Assembly: GCA_051453625.1 (NCBI GenBank)
Contig: JBOZIK010000001.1
Span: forward strand, 19,671,376-19,733,754
DNA length: 62,379 nucleotides
DNA from: Welwitschia mirabilis
Taxonomy: Eukaryota
Direction of reading: 5' to 3'
Shown: one piece after another, positions 26,660-41,214 of the stretch
Layout of the letters: each line of letters begins with the position of its first letter
Numbering within the stretch: position 1 is the first letter of the stretch
The notes under the pieces: model-generated
The model's input: only the letters and a program-made list of their open reading frames with translations
Told to the model about the DNA's origin: nothing
Database searches by the model: none
Position numbers and translations under genes: made by a program

Positions 26660-27909
26660 TGTTTTAATGCCACATTTTATGTATTTAATAGGGTATTTTG
26701 AGAAGTTTTCCAGGACATTAAACATTATTAAGTGAAGTTTCGACAATAAGGGAGAGTCAATATAATAATCATGAAAACATACAATCTTCATTACATTTCA
26801 CAGCATTTCAGGTAAATTACAATACTTGACATATAAAGAAGAGTTTAATGATTAAAAAGACTAATTTAATGCAAGAAATAACTTAAAGAGATCATCATCC
26901 ACCTAATCATCTAGATGACTATACCAAATAACTGAAGTAAGTAAGCTAATCAGGATGCTAATTAAACTAAACTAAAAGTTGATATGGACCTTACTTAATA
27001 TGGCATAGTCTCCATCATCACCCAAACGATAGATAGGTTGACATTTAAAAATTTCCAATGCATCAAAATTCACCTAAATCCTATAAATCATCATGCACCC
27101 CCTTGCATGCCATTTGAATTTCTACTGCATTTGTTAGATTTTCTTTCTTTAGTATATTGTTGCAATAAAACATTCTTACCCTCAGTCCAACAATATATCT
27201 TCTTTTACATCAGAAATTCTCATGATAGGAGATCAAAGGGTAGGAGATCCATCTATTGTTGCTAAGAGAAATCTTCCTTGGAGTTGGGATATGTCTCTTT
27301 CATTAAGGTGCTGTTACTTTGCAATAAGATGCTAGTTCAACATTAATCAAAATAGTTTTTCTTTATTTTCTTTTGTACATATCCCTTATGATTTACATTA
27401 ATTATGATTCTGTGATAGCTTCATATTTGATATAGATCATGAGGCAACCTTGATTAACATTGAAACTATTAGAGTAGTTTCATTGCATTTCATTTTACAT
27501 TCCATAGCTTAATCATTACTTGTTTTTCATATTATGTTTAACATGCCTGATAGCTTAGGTTGATTAGGATTTAGTAATAGTTTTCCTTAATTGATATAGA
27601 TTATATGGGGTCAATCTCAATGACAAGAACATTTGGTAGTCAAATAGATATTTTATTTAGAGTATCTTTTACATTTCATTTAATAGTATGTTTACTTTAT
27701 ATTGTTTTCTTACATCATACTTTATTTTCATCTGAAAATACAAAAATATTTAGTTTGAAATCAATTCTCTTTCTTCCCATCTAGTACCTTTGACCAATTA
27801 CAACATTCAAGTTAATTCTCACCTATACTAATGTGTGTGTTTTACAAAATATTTATAACTTTTAAGATTTACTTAAGGACATAATGATTACATAAATACC
27901 ATCCCAACA
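26660..27909 (+). repeat. 3' LTR of A1
   Basis: TGTT...AACA termini, preceded by purine-rich AAGGTTAAGGAAAAGGCTA. Homologous to 1432-2582, 36309-37143, 47006-48276 and 50418-51607. Confidence 0.85.
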
Positions 27910-27914
27910 TGTTT

Positions 27915-28808
27915 TCTCCACCTCATCATGTCAATAACACAAAATAATTTGATGGACTAATTCAATAAAAATGCTTAAGTTTGAGACTATCATCTAGAGC
28001 AATCCTCTAAATGATGCTATGGATAATATGTTAGCAAATTTATCACTATACAACCATGTATCATGCATCTATAGGTAGTTGGAGGTGTTATCCTCCTAGT
28101 TTTTTGAACAAATTAAGTGGATGATAATCAATTATTTGTTAAAAACTAATTATCTTTAGAATAAAAGTTGTTTTTTATCATGTTATTTTATATCACATTC
28201 TTTGGCCTAACCAACCACTAATCTTAAACTATAAATAAAGCTCCTTAGACCATATTTGATCATCTTTTTTGTACATCTTGATCTTTTGATGAATTAGAGA
28301 TTGAAGGCTAAAGGAATTCATATTGGTTGATGAGAAAGGTATCCTTGGTATTGGGCTGTGATTTCTCCACTAAGGAGGTTCTACTCATGAGTAGATGTAA
28401 AATAATTTAATTGATTAATAAATATTAATTGAATTGTATTTTTAATTAAATTCTCCTTTGTTCCTTATAGTTTATGATGATTGCAATCTAGTGGCATTAT
28501 TTTGTAATTGATATGGATTATAAGGTCTAATCTAAGTGGTAGTAGATTGGTTAATAAGTAGTTCTTACATTTAGATTGCACTCCTTCATTTTCATAGCAA
28601 TTCATTTAATTCCATTTTCATCTCTTACATTCATTAAATTTTCATTACTTTAATTATAGTTCTTAATTCTAAAAAATTAGAAAATAATATACTCTTTTTT
28701 TCCTTACTAAATTTAATTTTTTAATTCCCTTTTATGCGTTTTCTCTAGAGTATGATCTTTTGGATTGATTCCATTATCTAAGTGTGTTGTTTGCATGCAA
28801 TTACACAT
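27915..28808 (+). repeat. Old LTR-like remnant, probably continuous with 823-1431 and the target of A1
   Basis: CTATAAATA at ~28229 followed by an R/U5-like composition. There is no second copy in the window. Confidence 0.3.
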
Positions 28809-30277
28809 TAAAATTTCATATGTTTAAATTAAAGATAAATTAAAGCAAATTCGATTTTAGAAGTATAAATTCACACTATAACATTTTAACTCCATTTCTA
28901 AGAAAGACTTCAAGAGAATTGGAAATTTTTCATTACTTAAGTAAGTATCTTAAATTCAATTTAATTTATTCAATTGAGTAGTACCATAACATATTGTATT
29001 TGGATCTACTTTCATTTACTTCATTACCTTTTAAGATCTATAAGTGTTTCAAATTAGGTGTGCTTTAATTTTCTTTTCTTGCTATTTTTATTTTTTGATA
29101 AAATTACTTTACTTTATTGATTAATCTATTTTGAGAAATTAATATTTTTATATTTTATAAATCATTTTTCATATCATCATCTTAAAGTTATAAAACTATT
29201 TTCTACTCTTTCTTTTAAGAAGGGGATTACATTACTTAATTAGGTCTATCTCTTAAACTTTATGTGATCTTAGGGATTACCAAATTTTCTGTTACAAACT
29301 TGACCTACAATTTTGTACCTTAAGTGATCTACATGAATGCCATATTTATTTGATTAAATCTACTTTTTGCACCTTTGAGTGATTCTATACATTATTGCCA
29401 TTCAAATGTAAACAAGCCTAGTTAACATAGTTTGATCATGTAGGGCTATGGTGACTAATTGAACAGGTAAAACCATTAGAGAAACAAAATTTCTAAAGGA
29501 AATAATCAAATAAGATTTGGTGGATTTTTATTTAATAACTTGAGGTGAGAAAAAAAAATATTTCTAGAATAGAACAATAATATTGTTTTGCATTTACTAT
29601 TTCTTATTCACATTCTCCTCAAACTTTAATTTATTTTAAAATAAATTATCCCCCTCTTCTTTGAATTATTCAACTTATCAACCATTCATTGCATCCAACA
29701 CTTCTATGAAATCTTTCTTTAAGCAATCTTTATATCAATCACACTTAAAATTTGAGGAGCTTCTAGTTATAGTATTACTTTTAAAAACTTATTGGCTAAT
29801 AGAAAAAGCGAACTACAAAAACCTTTTGATGTACTATTCAATGATGACATCCAACTTAAAAACTTAAATGCTTATCCTACATTTTTAGGGAAGCTTAAGA
29901 AGGACTCTTCTAATACATATCTAACATTAAACAACTCATTTCCCTTCAAGAAATGATAAAAATAAAATTTTAACTATAACCTACACGATCATACTCCCTT
30001 TTATCCTTAGATGAAAAGAAAAGAGTTGGCTTACAACTATTTCATAAAAAAGCCTTAAGTGTTGAAACCAAAAGTAAGAAGTTTTCATTAACAGATTCAT
30101 GAATGAAAAAATCCATGAGGAAGAGAAGAAAAGAAGTAATCAACTTTTAACAATGCCCTCATAAATATTATGCCTTAAACTATTAGAGATTTTTGATTTC
30201 CAGATTTTCCAATCTAGTAAATGAATTCTTAAAAAAAAACTCATAGATCATTTCTATAGTAGATTTAATATCCAAAT

Positions 30278-30570
30278 CTAGGCCTTTAAGGTACCTTAAA
30301 AGACCTTAAAAAATGCTTTAAATTCTTTTAAGGGTTTCTTTATAAATCACTTCAAAAGGCATCGGAGGCTTTTAAGGCATTTCTAAGGTGTTTTTTATTT
30401 AAGCGCCTTAAAAATGTTTAAAGGAATTTTAATAAAAAACACCTCAAACAGCTTTTGAGGCATTTTACAGGATGAATGCCTTAAAAGACTTTTGAGACAT
30501 TTCAAGAAATAATTTTCTTAAAAACCTTTCAAGGCGTTTCTTCAAATAAATGCCTTAAAAAACACTTCTC
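30278..30570. repeat. Cluster of AAGGC(A/G)TTT / AAA(T/C)GCCTT motifs, probable DNA-transposon (hAT-like) subterminal repeats
   Basis: More than 10 short motifs in both orientations, e.g. TTTAAGGCATTT, AAGCGCCTTAAAA, ATGCCTTAAAA, AAGGCGTTT. TIRs and TSD are not convincingly seen. Confidence 0.4.
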
Positions 30571-31742
30571 TTGAAAAAAAACGAATATAATAATTCAAAT
30601 GGCTTCCACAGCCTAAATCTAGCATTAATAAATCAATTGGAAATGTGGCCAAAAAAATAGTATTGACTAGACATTATTGATGAAAATTTATTTGCATAAA
30701 AGAAATAATTATCATACTTCTCACCATTTTCTTCAACTGTATTCAAGTACCTGATTTCTTAAAAGGCCCATTTGTCAAGCTAACAAATGTTTATATGTGT
30801 CTGAAGGGTAGCTGAAAGAAGCAGACATGCATGAAAAGAGAGAAAAAGAAAAGGATGATAAAATGTAATAGAAGGGCCACTTATGGGTGAAGAAAATGTT
30901 CAAAAATCCATACACATAGAAGAGACACTGCATGCTCTGGAAGGCCTCTCTGTGGTCGCCATGCATGCATCTCAAGCATTCCAAACTGATGCATGTCTCA
31001 TTGTCTAAGATTTTGGTCTATTTCCATTGGAAGATGTGATATCGCGATTCTGAGAGTGAATTGCTTTATTAAAGCCTAGTTCCATTGTTTTCATCTCTAT
31101 TTCTATTGGAAGACGTGATATCCTTTCTATTAGCAATAGTCTGATCAGCTGTAATAGTGAAGAGGAAAATGTTCTAGAAGATGTAATATCCTATTTATTG
31201 AAAATAAGCCTTCATTGTAAACTAATATGAAGACTCTAGAAGAGGAAGGATTAGAGTTTGTTGTAAAGTTACTTGCAAATATCAAAAATGGAGGAAAAAA
31301 ATCAATAATTTAATTATTACATTGATATGATCTGTAACACTATAAAAATAAATAAAACAAGATATGGATACATGCAAAGGACTAAGTTCTAAAAGTAAAA
31401 GGAAATGCTAAAACAAAATCAAATTTTTTTAGAAAACCTGAAATACAAACCTAATGCACATTAGCATATTGTTAAGGTAATTACTAAAGAAGGATACCCT
31501 ATCAATGTTATTTAAGAAATGAGACTTTGGATCTAAAGAGTTAGATTCTTTTGGGTACCCTGAAAGGATAACTAGTAAAATTTACAAGATAAGTAAATTC
31601 AGGGGAAAATGAAAAAAAAATTTAAAAGTATAATTCATTAATTTAACATAGGAAAAGTTATTTAATTTATTAATTTATTATAAAATGATGTCTTTTACCC
31701 TTTTATGATGTTTTAATGTAAACATAAGTTTCCTCCTAATGT

Positions 31743-32959
31743 TGGCAAGTTTATTACTAGCTTTTGAAGAATACTATCAAATCTTGAAGGATTTCCAATA
31801 TAAAAAGTTGGCATCACTAGCTAGAACTACTAGTGTCATCATCCTTTTGAGGAAGACTTGCTTTAAAATCATGTCCCTACATTCATTAGGGCAATTAATC
31901 ACTTTACACTTATGATCTGAGTTAGATGATAAATCATATTTAATCTTTAACTATAGTGACACATCGTGGAAGCATAAAAAGACATGTTGCAGCAACATAT
32001 GATGATAACAAGGATGATTATGTGAAAGATGCATGACATGACATCTGTTGATAGCATTATAATGAGTCAGAGGATATGTCATCTCCATACTTACATAGGA
32101 AGATGAAGAATCTTTCTTTATGTAATAGACTAATATAACCTCCCTTATGTAATCACCCATCTAACACTCATCTAACATAATCATGACAAACATCTCCAAG
32201 CCTTCTCTCATTTATAAAACATCCTTAAGCCCCCATTGTAAATATCTTTTAGTTTTCTTAACATAAGGAAGACTTAGAGCACTAGGACATCATGGTGTTC
32301 TGATCATCTTTCTTAGGGGATGAAATGTTCATGGCTAATTGAGGAGTATTTCTTCTTCATCTTTCTCTATTTGATGTAATGTATTTTTTATTTTTAATAT
32401 AAAGCTTGGTTTTCTTCCTTTGATTATTAATGTTCATGCATGTGGTACTAGCAATCTTTAGGAGAATGTTAGGTAATTTTACTTAATTACCAAGTTCTTT
32501 TGCACCAAGTGAGTTATTTGAGGCTACTTTTTTGAATTGATAGTTATTACCATCTGATGGATCTTATACACTCTGGTTCATACTTTTCATACTTATGAAG
32601 GTCTATGCAGTATCAAGAGGACTAAATTACTCACCAACACTTATATGGTGGATGCAATTATGCCTTCACATAGATCCTTAATAACTTGATAATTTTAGTT
32701 CATATTTTAGAATACAAGAATTATTAGAGTGAAGGTGAAGGGCAAAATAATCAATTATACCTTTGATAGACTTCCTTTTTCCTATGACATTGACTAAAGA
32801 TGACTTTCATCTCAAATTTATGATTTTTAGTTTATTTTATTTTTCATTGGAAGTTAGAATAATTGTGTTTCTTTTGTAAAAGTTACCACATATATCCTTA
32901 TGAAACAATGATACTAGGTCCTTATCTAGTTAAATCTAATTCACTGTTATACATGAACA
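31743..32959 (+). mobile_element. Probable solo LTR of another family
   Basis: TG...CA termini flanked by identical AATGT (31738-31742 and 32960-32964). TTTATAAAA at ~32211 followed by CCCCCATTGTAA. An alternative start at 31740 (TGTT...AACA) would lose the TSD. Confidence 0.55.
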
Positions 32960-33493
32960 AATGTCAAAAAAAAAAAGAGAGAAAAACATACATATCAATA
33001 ATTAGTTTTGGATACTTACTTTGAAAGAATGAAAAAATGGTAATAATTAATGCTAAATAATTTTAAAAGAAAAATAGAAAATAAAAATAATCCATTAGGG
33101 AAAAGATAGTAAATAATATAGTTCTATGTTGATTGTAAATACTACCTTTTTAATTGTCAATACATAAGAAAATATAAAGAATGCTCTTCTAATGTAAAAG
33201 GGAGAGAGATGTTGGGGTTTTTGTAGGAATTACATGGGTCATGAAGTTAGAATTTATCTTTGGAATGCTCAACTATAGGTAAAGAGGTATACTTTTCCTA
33301 GATTAGGTGCATCTTCTACGTGTTAGATCTCTTATTCTTTGCTCTAGTGTGGTTTTCCTAAGTAAGTACTTCTTTAAAAGGTTTTCAAGCAATAATTTTA
33401 GCTATGATTTGCTTAGTTCATGGGAATTAACAAAGTAGTTACTAAGCACATATTTAATGTACCTTTAGAAATATCCTTGGTAGCATCATTGCT

Positions 33494-34645
33494 ATGAAAA
33501 CCCAAAAGAGTGCAGTAGTAATGGTTAGACCTCATGCTAGTTTTCCTATCCTTAAGAGGAGGTTTTTCAATCAATACCTTAAGAGGATGAGCTTAAGAGG
33601 ATCTAAGGTATCTAAGGTAGTAGAAGTAAAAAAAAACCCTTCAATGGCAATGAAATCTTCAGGCACCAAATCATATGCAGACTCAATGAAGGGAAGCAAG
33701 CCTTAAAGCTTTCATAACTTAGACTTTGGCTTTAAGCATGAAGAAGACATCATTCAATCAAAGATGTAAAAAACCTATTCCATGCATTTCGAGGCTTATT
33801 TTACTAATATCCTCACTAGCAAATTTTAATCTTTAGAATGGCTTCTGTTCATTGAAAAAGTGTGATTACATTGTAATAAAAAAATTCCCGTAAGTTGCAA
33901 AGTAATCCATTTTAGAGATGGATTATTACATTTTATTTTTAAAACCAAAAATAAAATGAACAAGGTGTAGCAAGAGAACCTTATTTCTTTGGTTATAGAT
34001 GTTTATCCTTAATCAAATGATCTCTTTTATTCCTAATAAACCCATCATTTTTAGAAAGATCCCAATGTGGATTCATATTTTAAACCCACACCTAGAAATA
34101 TGGCACCAAGAGTTTTTTAGGCAACTAGGTGATATGTTGGGAGAGTTTATCAAGCTAGATAAAAACACGAATCTAATGAAGAGAATGGTAATTACTAAAA
34201 TCTATATGTATATGAGACTAGATAGTTTCAAAGATAATAAAATTACTCTGGATACTATATGGGATGAATTGGTTTTTAACCCAAATAATAAAAATATTTC
34301 TTTACAATGTTCAAAATTGGTGAAAATAAGCATAAAATGAAAAAAATATAAGAAGGATGAAGAAATGGCAAAGAATGATTGAGGTAGAACTAGATTAGTC
34401 AAAGGAAAAGGATCCAAAAAATCTCTAGAAAAATGGTTAATAGAAAATACAATAAATGGAGAATATTCATAATGCATAAATTAGAGCGAAGGTCAGATCA
34501 GAAAGAAATTAGAATGATAATAAAAGAGTGCATTGCAGATGCACCAGTTATAAGTAAAAATGTAAAAGTTAAACAAACAAACATGAGGATCAAAATAAAT
34601 ATCCACAAAGGAAAAATGGAGAAGGATATGAAGGAGGACATCTGA
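33494..34645 (+). pseudogene. LINE ORF1 (DUF4283-type)
   Basis: KSYADSMK and FRKIPMWIHILNPHLEIWHQEFFRQLGDMLGEFIKLDKNT...KIYMYMRL match the plant L1 ORF1 pattern WV.I..LP...W.......IG..LG.....D. Confidence 0.8.
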
Positions 34646-34671
34646 GATGTTAAATAGCCTTAACTCTCTTA

Positions 34672-36308
34672 ATGATTATTTCTTAAGATTGTAGGGGCCT
34701 TAGGAATGGCTAGAAAATATCCCATCTTTGGAGTTTGTTAAAAGAATCTTTAGTGTTTATGTATCTTATCCAAGAAATAAAATTAAAATTAGATCCAATT
34801 AAAATTAATTATTTTTTATACAAAGTACTCTTAGTCTTTTGTTTAGCTTAAAGTACTGGCATAAAAGAAGGATTGATGATTCTCTAAAAGCATGATAGCA
34901 TCACCACTATTGGTAGAAGCAATAACCATCTTACAATTAATTAAATATTCAATGAGAAAAGATGGAGAATTACTAACTTCTATGGGACTCAAGGTGCAAC
35001 CCAAAGATTCTAATGTCTTTATCAAATTATGNNNNNNNNNNNNNNNNNNNNNNNNNNNNNNNNNNNNNNNNNNNNNNNNNNNNNNNNNNNNNNNNNNNNN
35101 NNNNNNNNNNNNNNNNNNNNNNNNNNNNNNNAGAAAAGATGGAGAATTACTAACTTCTATGGGACTCAAGGTGCAACCCAAAGATTCTAATGTCTTTATC
35201 AAATTATGTTGGACTTCTGAGACATAATCATGGGAGATTTTAATTAGATTTTTAGTCCTCATGAGAAATTTGGTAATTTTCCTAGTCCTTCTAATATTGG
35301 TGTTTTTACTAATTGTATTAGTAACCATAACTACAAAAATATTCATCTACATGGTATGATTTATACTTAGAATAATCTTAGAGACTGGCCTAATTTATAA
35401 CTAATAAATACATGATTAAAAATCCAAATGAACATTTCTCTTTCAAAGTCAAAGCCAATTTTTTTTTTAAAAGATCATAGGTTTATAGTCTTAATTATGG
35501 ACTTCCCTCAGAAAAAAATCTCTTTTTTGCTTTGAGCATACATGGCTAAAAGATCTAAGCTTTATTAATCTTCTCAAGCTTATTTAAAATGCTTTAGTAA
35601 AAGGTACTTTTACTTATAGACTATTTCAAAATCTTAAAATGTTAAGACATGAGCTTATTAGTGGGAAGAGATAGTTAAATGACTNNNNNNNNNNNNNNNN
35701 NNNNNNNNNNNNNNNNNNNNNNNNNNNNNNNNNNNNNNNNNNNNNNNNNNNNNNNNNNNNNNNNNNNNNNNNNNNNNNNNNNNNTTTTACTTATAGACTA
35801 TTTCAAAATCTTAAAATGTTAAGACATGAGCTTATTAGTGGGAAGAGATAGTTAAATGACTCCTTTCAAAACATTAAAACTCAATTAATAGAAGAGCTCA
35901 TAGTTATTCAGAATTATAATGAGTCCTCTAACTCCTTTATAGTTTATGAAAAGACTGCTTAGATTCATGATAGCTCCTCTAAGGAAGAAATCTGTTGGAA
36001 ATAGAGATCAAGAATTCAATGTCTTAATAAAGATGACCACAATACAAGATTCTTTCTAGAAAGAAAGTAGGCATATACAAAAGAACTAGATACAATGGAG
36101 CATGTTCATAACATGCTATAAGAGTAACTAATAAATTTCAAACTCTTTCATTAAATACTTCTTAAATCTCTTCATAGAAAAATCGGTGGAGTTGCAAAAC
36201 ATTCTAGTCAACCCTTGTATTTTAAAGAAGCTATTATGTCATCTAAATCAAAGAGTTACTTAGGCCGAAATTAGAGGAACAATTAATTCAATGTAAAAAA
36301 TCAAGCTC
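34672..36308 (+). pseudogene. LINE ORF2 N-terminal part (APE endonuclease and linker)
   Basis: IIS*DCRGL (SWNCRGLG-like), IQEIK, IIMGDFN at 35225, and WK*RSRIQCLNKDDHNTRFF at ~35996. Confidence 0.85.
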
Positions 36309-37143
36309 TCTTGTAGTGCGTATTTATACAAATATTACATCCTTATCAAAACTCTGTTTTCCTTTTTATATCTTTTGTTATGTGCATCTTCCTTATGGTT
36401 TATATTGCTTCTGATTCTGTGATAGCTTCATTGGTGATATAAATTATGAGGAAAATCTTTATTACGATTTATGTTACAAAGCAGCAGTACCTCAATGAAG
36501 GATACATAGCCTAATACCAAGGAAGACATTTCTTTGTAATAATAATGAATGGACCTCCTATCCTTTAATCTCTTATCATGAGAATTTTTGATGCTAAAAA
36601 AGATGAAACTTGAGTTGAGAGTGGAGAAGGTATTTATTACAAAACAGACTCTAAAATCAATAAACACTAACAAATGCACTAATAACCCTAATAGTCGCAT
36701 AAGAAGATGCAAGCCATATGGCTAGAGTTTGATGAAGTTTAGTAAAGCATTATTTTTAGTTGTTGTTCTGCTAGTTATCAGGACGTCATAGGAGATGATA
36801 CCATATCATATGAGTTCCACACTAGTTGCCAAATTAATCTAATAAGCACCCTCCTGAGCTTAAGTATTTTTTTTATCCATACAGTTATTCAAATAATTAG
36901 GTGGATGATGGGATTTTGTAAAGTATCTCTTGTGTCAGATTAGCCTCTTTGATTTTAGGATTGCTACTTTAGATAGGGCATATTGTAATTTGCTTCAAAT
37001 GTTATTAAATGTAATGAAGTTACATGTTTTTGTGACTTCACCTTAGCTCTCCATTATTGTCAAAACTCAACATAAATCTATCTAATGTCTTGCAAAACTA
37101 CTCAAAATACCCTATCAAATCCATATAATTTGGCAATGCAACG
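36309..37143 (-). repeat. 3' LTR of A2, rearranged (internal inversion plus deletion)
   Basis: 835 bp versus ~1270 bp for the 5' LTR. 36346-36463 is in the opposite orientation to its flanks. Confidence 0.85.
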
Positions 37144-37689
37144 TAGCCCTCCACTTAGTCTTATCATTCCTCGACAAAACTAGGTGAACAATCATAATTG
37201 TAAGCAAAATTAACAAATAATAAATCAACTAAAGATCTATGAAATTAACTTAGAAATAGTCTTGAGAATCATAGAATACAAAATAAAAATGTCAAAAATA
37301 GATAATTAAATGTTTCACTTGTGTAGTATAAGTGGTTCTACTATCGTTCTGGTGGTTGTCCAAATGATAGAGGAGACGATAAGCTGAAAAATATTTCTTA
37401 AAAAATAGAAGCTTGCAAAAATTTTTCAAAAAGATAAACATTAAATGCATCGACATTAAAGGCCTTTCAATCAAATGTATAGTAGATAAAAAATATCATT
37501 TATAACATAAATAGTCCTCATCATGCAATGTTAAAAATGATATGTAAAAATATGCACAATATCTAGCAAAAAAAGGTACACTATGATGTTACTCAAAGAT
37601 AATATGTTAATATAAATAATGAGTTTTTTACAATCCATAGAGGGAAAGATACATAATACAACAAAAATAAGTCATTCCCCTTATCTAGT

Positions 37690-38869
37690 CATGATAAACT
37701 CCTAACATGCAGCAGGGTTAGGTATAGGTGAAGAAGAGGAAGGATTCTCAGGATTTATAGGGAAATGGTGGTTTAATGACATTGTGATGGTATGTATTGT
37801 CTCATATCCTTACACTCGAATTATCCTTGGGAGGTCTACCATCACACCATACTCAATCCATAAGATGTATTCTCACATATCAACCAGTTGCTCCTCAGTG
37901 CATTATACTCTCCTCTTAACTATTGTGATCCTCTGCTCGACTATAGAGATGCCTTAGTCTAATATCTCTCTAATTATCTATTGTAGTCTCTACTAAGAGC
38001 GTCTAAATCTGCTTTAGAGTAATGCCGACTGTATTCTCCATACTTGGGGTCTCTCTTCTTCTCCTGGAATCTGGATGTCCATATTCTATAGGTAACAAGC
38101 TAAAGTCTAGATATGTGTAAATATTTTCTCATGCACAGATTCTAGCATGCCAAATAATCTAAACATGGCTAAGAGAAGGAATGGATATCCTAGAATCTAA
38201 AGGTGTCATTCCTTAATCATGATCCTGAGTCTCCTTCAGATGAAAGTCAGTAAGTCTATTTGCTCCTCCTACCTAAATACTGCTAACATTTGGAGATGTG
38301 TAATTATTGCANNNNNNNNNNGATTGATGTTATGAATCACCCATTTGTGTGAAATCCAATAAGTTGGTAATAACTAAGTAACCAAAACTTCCTGTCTATT
38401 TGTAGTCAAATCCATTGGAATATCAAGTGTTGCATCATAAGCAGGTGCTCCTCTGTCCCACTAGTTGAATGAATATGAGTTATCCCAATACCATCTAGAT
38501 TAGTTACTATAGTAATGTTGTGCAAGAGCATAGCAATGTCGTGGCCTCAAATGATAGCTACAATCACGTTAATAAGCTGGCCACGAGCCTTAGGACACTA
38601 GTTTATATGAATTATATCATAGAACTCCCTGGTTTTTGACACACAGTATGTTCCCTATGCATCTAAAATTACTATACCTATAGATCTGTAAGCCTTTGAT
38701 CCATCTTTGGCTCTAATCAACTCATAAAATCCCCAAAATATCTCTTAACATGAATGAGTGTTGTCCAAATCATAAGAGATCTAGTGTGCCAAGGTGAAGA
38801 ATGGATCGACCCACCTCCTATTCTACAGGCTTGGCCTCTACCGTGGCTTATCTAACTCTATATGTGCAT
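37690..38869 (-). pseudogene. Extra 3' ORF (env-like) of A2
   Basis: Reverse-complement similarity to 24790-26122 and the same position relative to the PPT. Confidence 0.55.
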
Positions 38870-41214
38870 GGTTTACTCAGTCATAAATATAAAATGTGTC
38901 ATGTGAGATCAAATGAAGATAGCTAAAATATGTCACATATATACTTGAAATAGCCCCATAAATAGGTTTTTAATGTATATAAATCATAAAAATATNNNNN
39001 NNNNNTCATATTGCCTAATCATGCAAAAAAAAAAAAAAAAATGAAAATGTGTGAAAGATTAAAAAGTGTAAAACAGGTGGGCCTTGTATAAGGTAAAAAA
39101 TGAAAGTGCTTAAATGAAAGACCTAATCTGCTAGAATTGTAAACACATTATACTGATCAATTTTCCCTAAAGGACCACTATGTTTCAACTTACAGTTTAT
39201 TATAAAATAATTTTTAAAGTTAAAAACCTAATTCTACCTCATGAAACACATAATTCATCATATCTCACAAAATACATGGTGAAAATTAGATTTGTAAGTT
39301 TCAAATCAAAGAGCATGAAAAACTGAATAATATATGTGAAAACTACATACTAAAAGGTTCAAATGGAATAAAAAATTAAAAATAACAAGGGAGTGAAAAA
39401 AATTCCTCATGTTGCAAAATCTACTAAAAACTTGTAATCTAAGGCATGAATCTAACTAGGAGAACTTTTAAAATGTTAGTAGGAATAAGGGAAACTATCA
39501 TCTATTAAGAGAATAGATGAAAATGATAAAGAATGAAAGAAAAATAAAAGGAAAGAAGTTAGCCACAGTCTTATTACACTCTCATCCGATTACATCGTTT
39601 GAACAACAACCCTAGGATGATTGTCAGAAAAAAATCTTAATTTCATCCTTCAGTGTCGTTTGAACAACCAGGTGGATGATAAGACTTTGAAAATTTTCAA
39701 AACTAAATATGTCAGCCAAATAAGTTAGGCTCAGATATCAGCATGAAGGTATTAGAATGTATCAGAAAGCTTAAAAAATAGGAAATGGTGAAGTGTCATA
39801 ATGAATAAGGATGATGAGAAAAATGTAAAATAATTAAAAGATAGAATGATAAAAATGTAGTAAGTAGGTTGAAATATGTTAAAGAAAACTAAACAAATGT
39901 GCTAGAAATAAAACATAATTCTAAAAATATATAGAACTCTAATAGATGCAAAGGAATATCATAGAAATCATGAAGAATAAGAGAAGATTGTATAATTAAA
40001 ATGCTAAAAGAAAAATTAACTTATGATTAATAAAAAACAACATGAATAATAACAACAAAACTACTACATGATAAGGTTCTAAATGATGATCAAAAAGTAC
40101 AGAAATGATTTTGAAATAACAAATGAAAGAATCGAGAAAAGAAGAACAAAAACTGACACAAGGAATATGAAGTAGATAGCTTATTTACTCTAAATTCTAA
40201 CTTAGCAGACCCCATTAGAAGACATCATAAAGCCACTTCAGTAAGAATTCATGACAAAATGTATTGAATCTATAAAGTTTCACTCAAAAAGGTAGTGATT
40301 ATGATAACACTAGAGTTTAAGTTCTCAAAACAATGAATGATAAGATTAAAATATGCTTAGAAATGAACTTATTTACTCACATTCCAAAACACACCCAAAT
40401 ATTTAAAAGTGAAATGATCATGTAAGAACACTAAGAGTCTAAGAAATAAGCAATACCTTTGATGACACTAAAAACACCATTGATCTATAGTCTTAAAGTT
40501 TTATTACTACTTTTCATGATGAGTGGAGTACAACCACAGTCAAAGAAGTAAAGACTTGCAAAGCATAACCAACTGATCCTCTAGTGGAGTTCCCATAGTT
40601 ATCAATACTATCAAAGGTTCCTTTCACAAAAATTTACCTTAGTATGATAGGACATAATTGTGGCCAAGTATTTTAGCATAAATATGATATAACATGATCA
40701 TTATTTTTTTCTTTTTTTTCCACACAAATAATTCCCACATGATCACACACTCAAAAAAAGAAAGGCGAAGAAGTAATATTAAAAATAGAAAAGAATATAT
40801 CTAAATAACCAAAGACCTTGCACCATTAAAAAAANNNNNNNNNNNNNNNNNNNNNNNNNNNNNNNNNNNNNNNNNNNNNNNNNNNNNNNNNNNNNNNNNN
40901 NNNNNNNNNNNNNNNNNNNNNNNNNNNNNNNNNNAAAAGCATAAGAACTAAGGCATCTTTCTTTAAAGTAAAGTTTATAAGCATGTCAATGTTTAAAGAT
41001 TGGGTAAATTCAATTTTATCACTATAAAAATTTCCAAGTATGAATACTAATCATGGAAACTTCATAGAATAAGCACATAAGTCAAGTTTTAAATATGATC
41101 AAGCGATATTATAACATCTACCAAAAGAATATGCTAAGAGAGAAGTTAGACAATGGTAGGGAGGAAGTTCTTTCCATTGAGTAAAACCTTCAAGCCAATT
41201 GCTTCTATCATGTT

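Larger units (their letters stand above)
1432..27909 (+). mobile_element. Athila-type Ty3/gypsy LTR retrotransposon A1, full length, decayed, with two nested insertions
   Basis: Two homologous ~1.25-kb LTRs, a degenerate PBS at ~6651, gag-PR-RT-RH-INT order, an extra 3' ORF, a PPT at 26641-26659, and a near-matching TSD TGTAT (1427-1431) / TGTTT (27910-27914). Confidence 0.85.

Noticed and set aside
29441-30615. hAT element bounded by TAGGGCTATGG ... CCACAGCCTA
   Set aside because: The inverted match is imperfect and there is no 8-bp TSD. Only the motif cluster at 30278-30570 is reported.
30740-31320. Possible host exon, and three GAAGA(T/C)GT(G/A)ATATC repeats
   Set aside because: No convincing ORF or recognisable motif, so it is probably TE debris.
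31600-33190. MULE-like TIR pair around the solo LTR
   Set aside because: The similarity is limited to AT-rich low-complexity sequence and no 9-bp TSD was found.
34954-35209. Exact ~78-bp direct repeat on either side of a gap
   Set aside because: Identical sequence flanking a 100-N gap indicates overlapping contig ends.
35607-35862. Exact ~78-bp direct repeat on either side of a gap
   Set aside because: The same assembly-overlap artefact.
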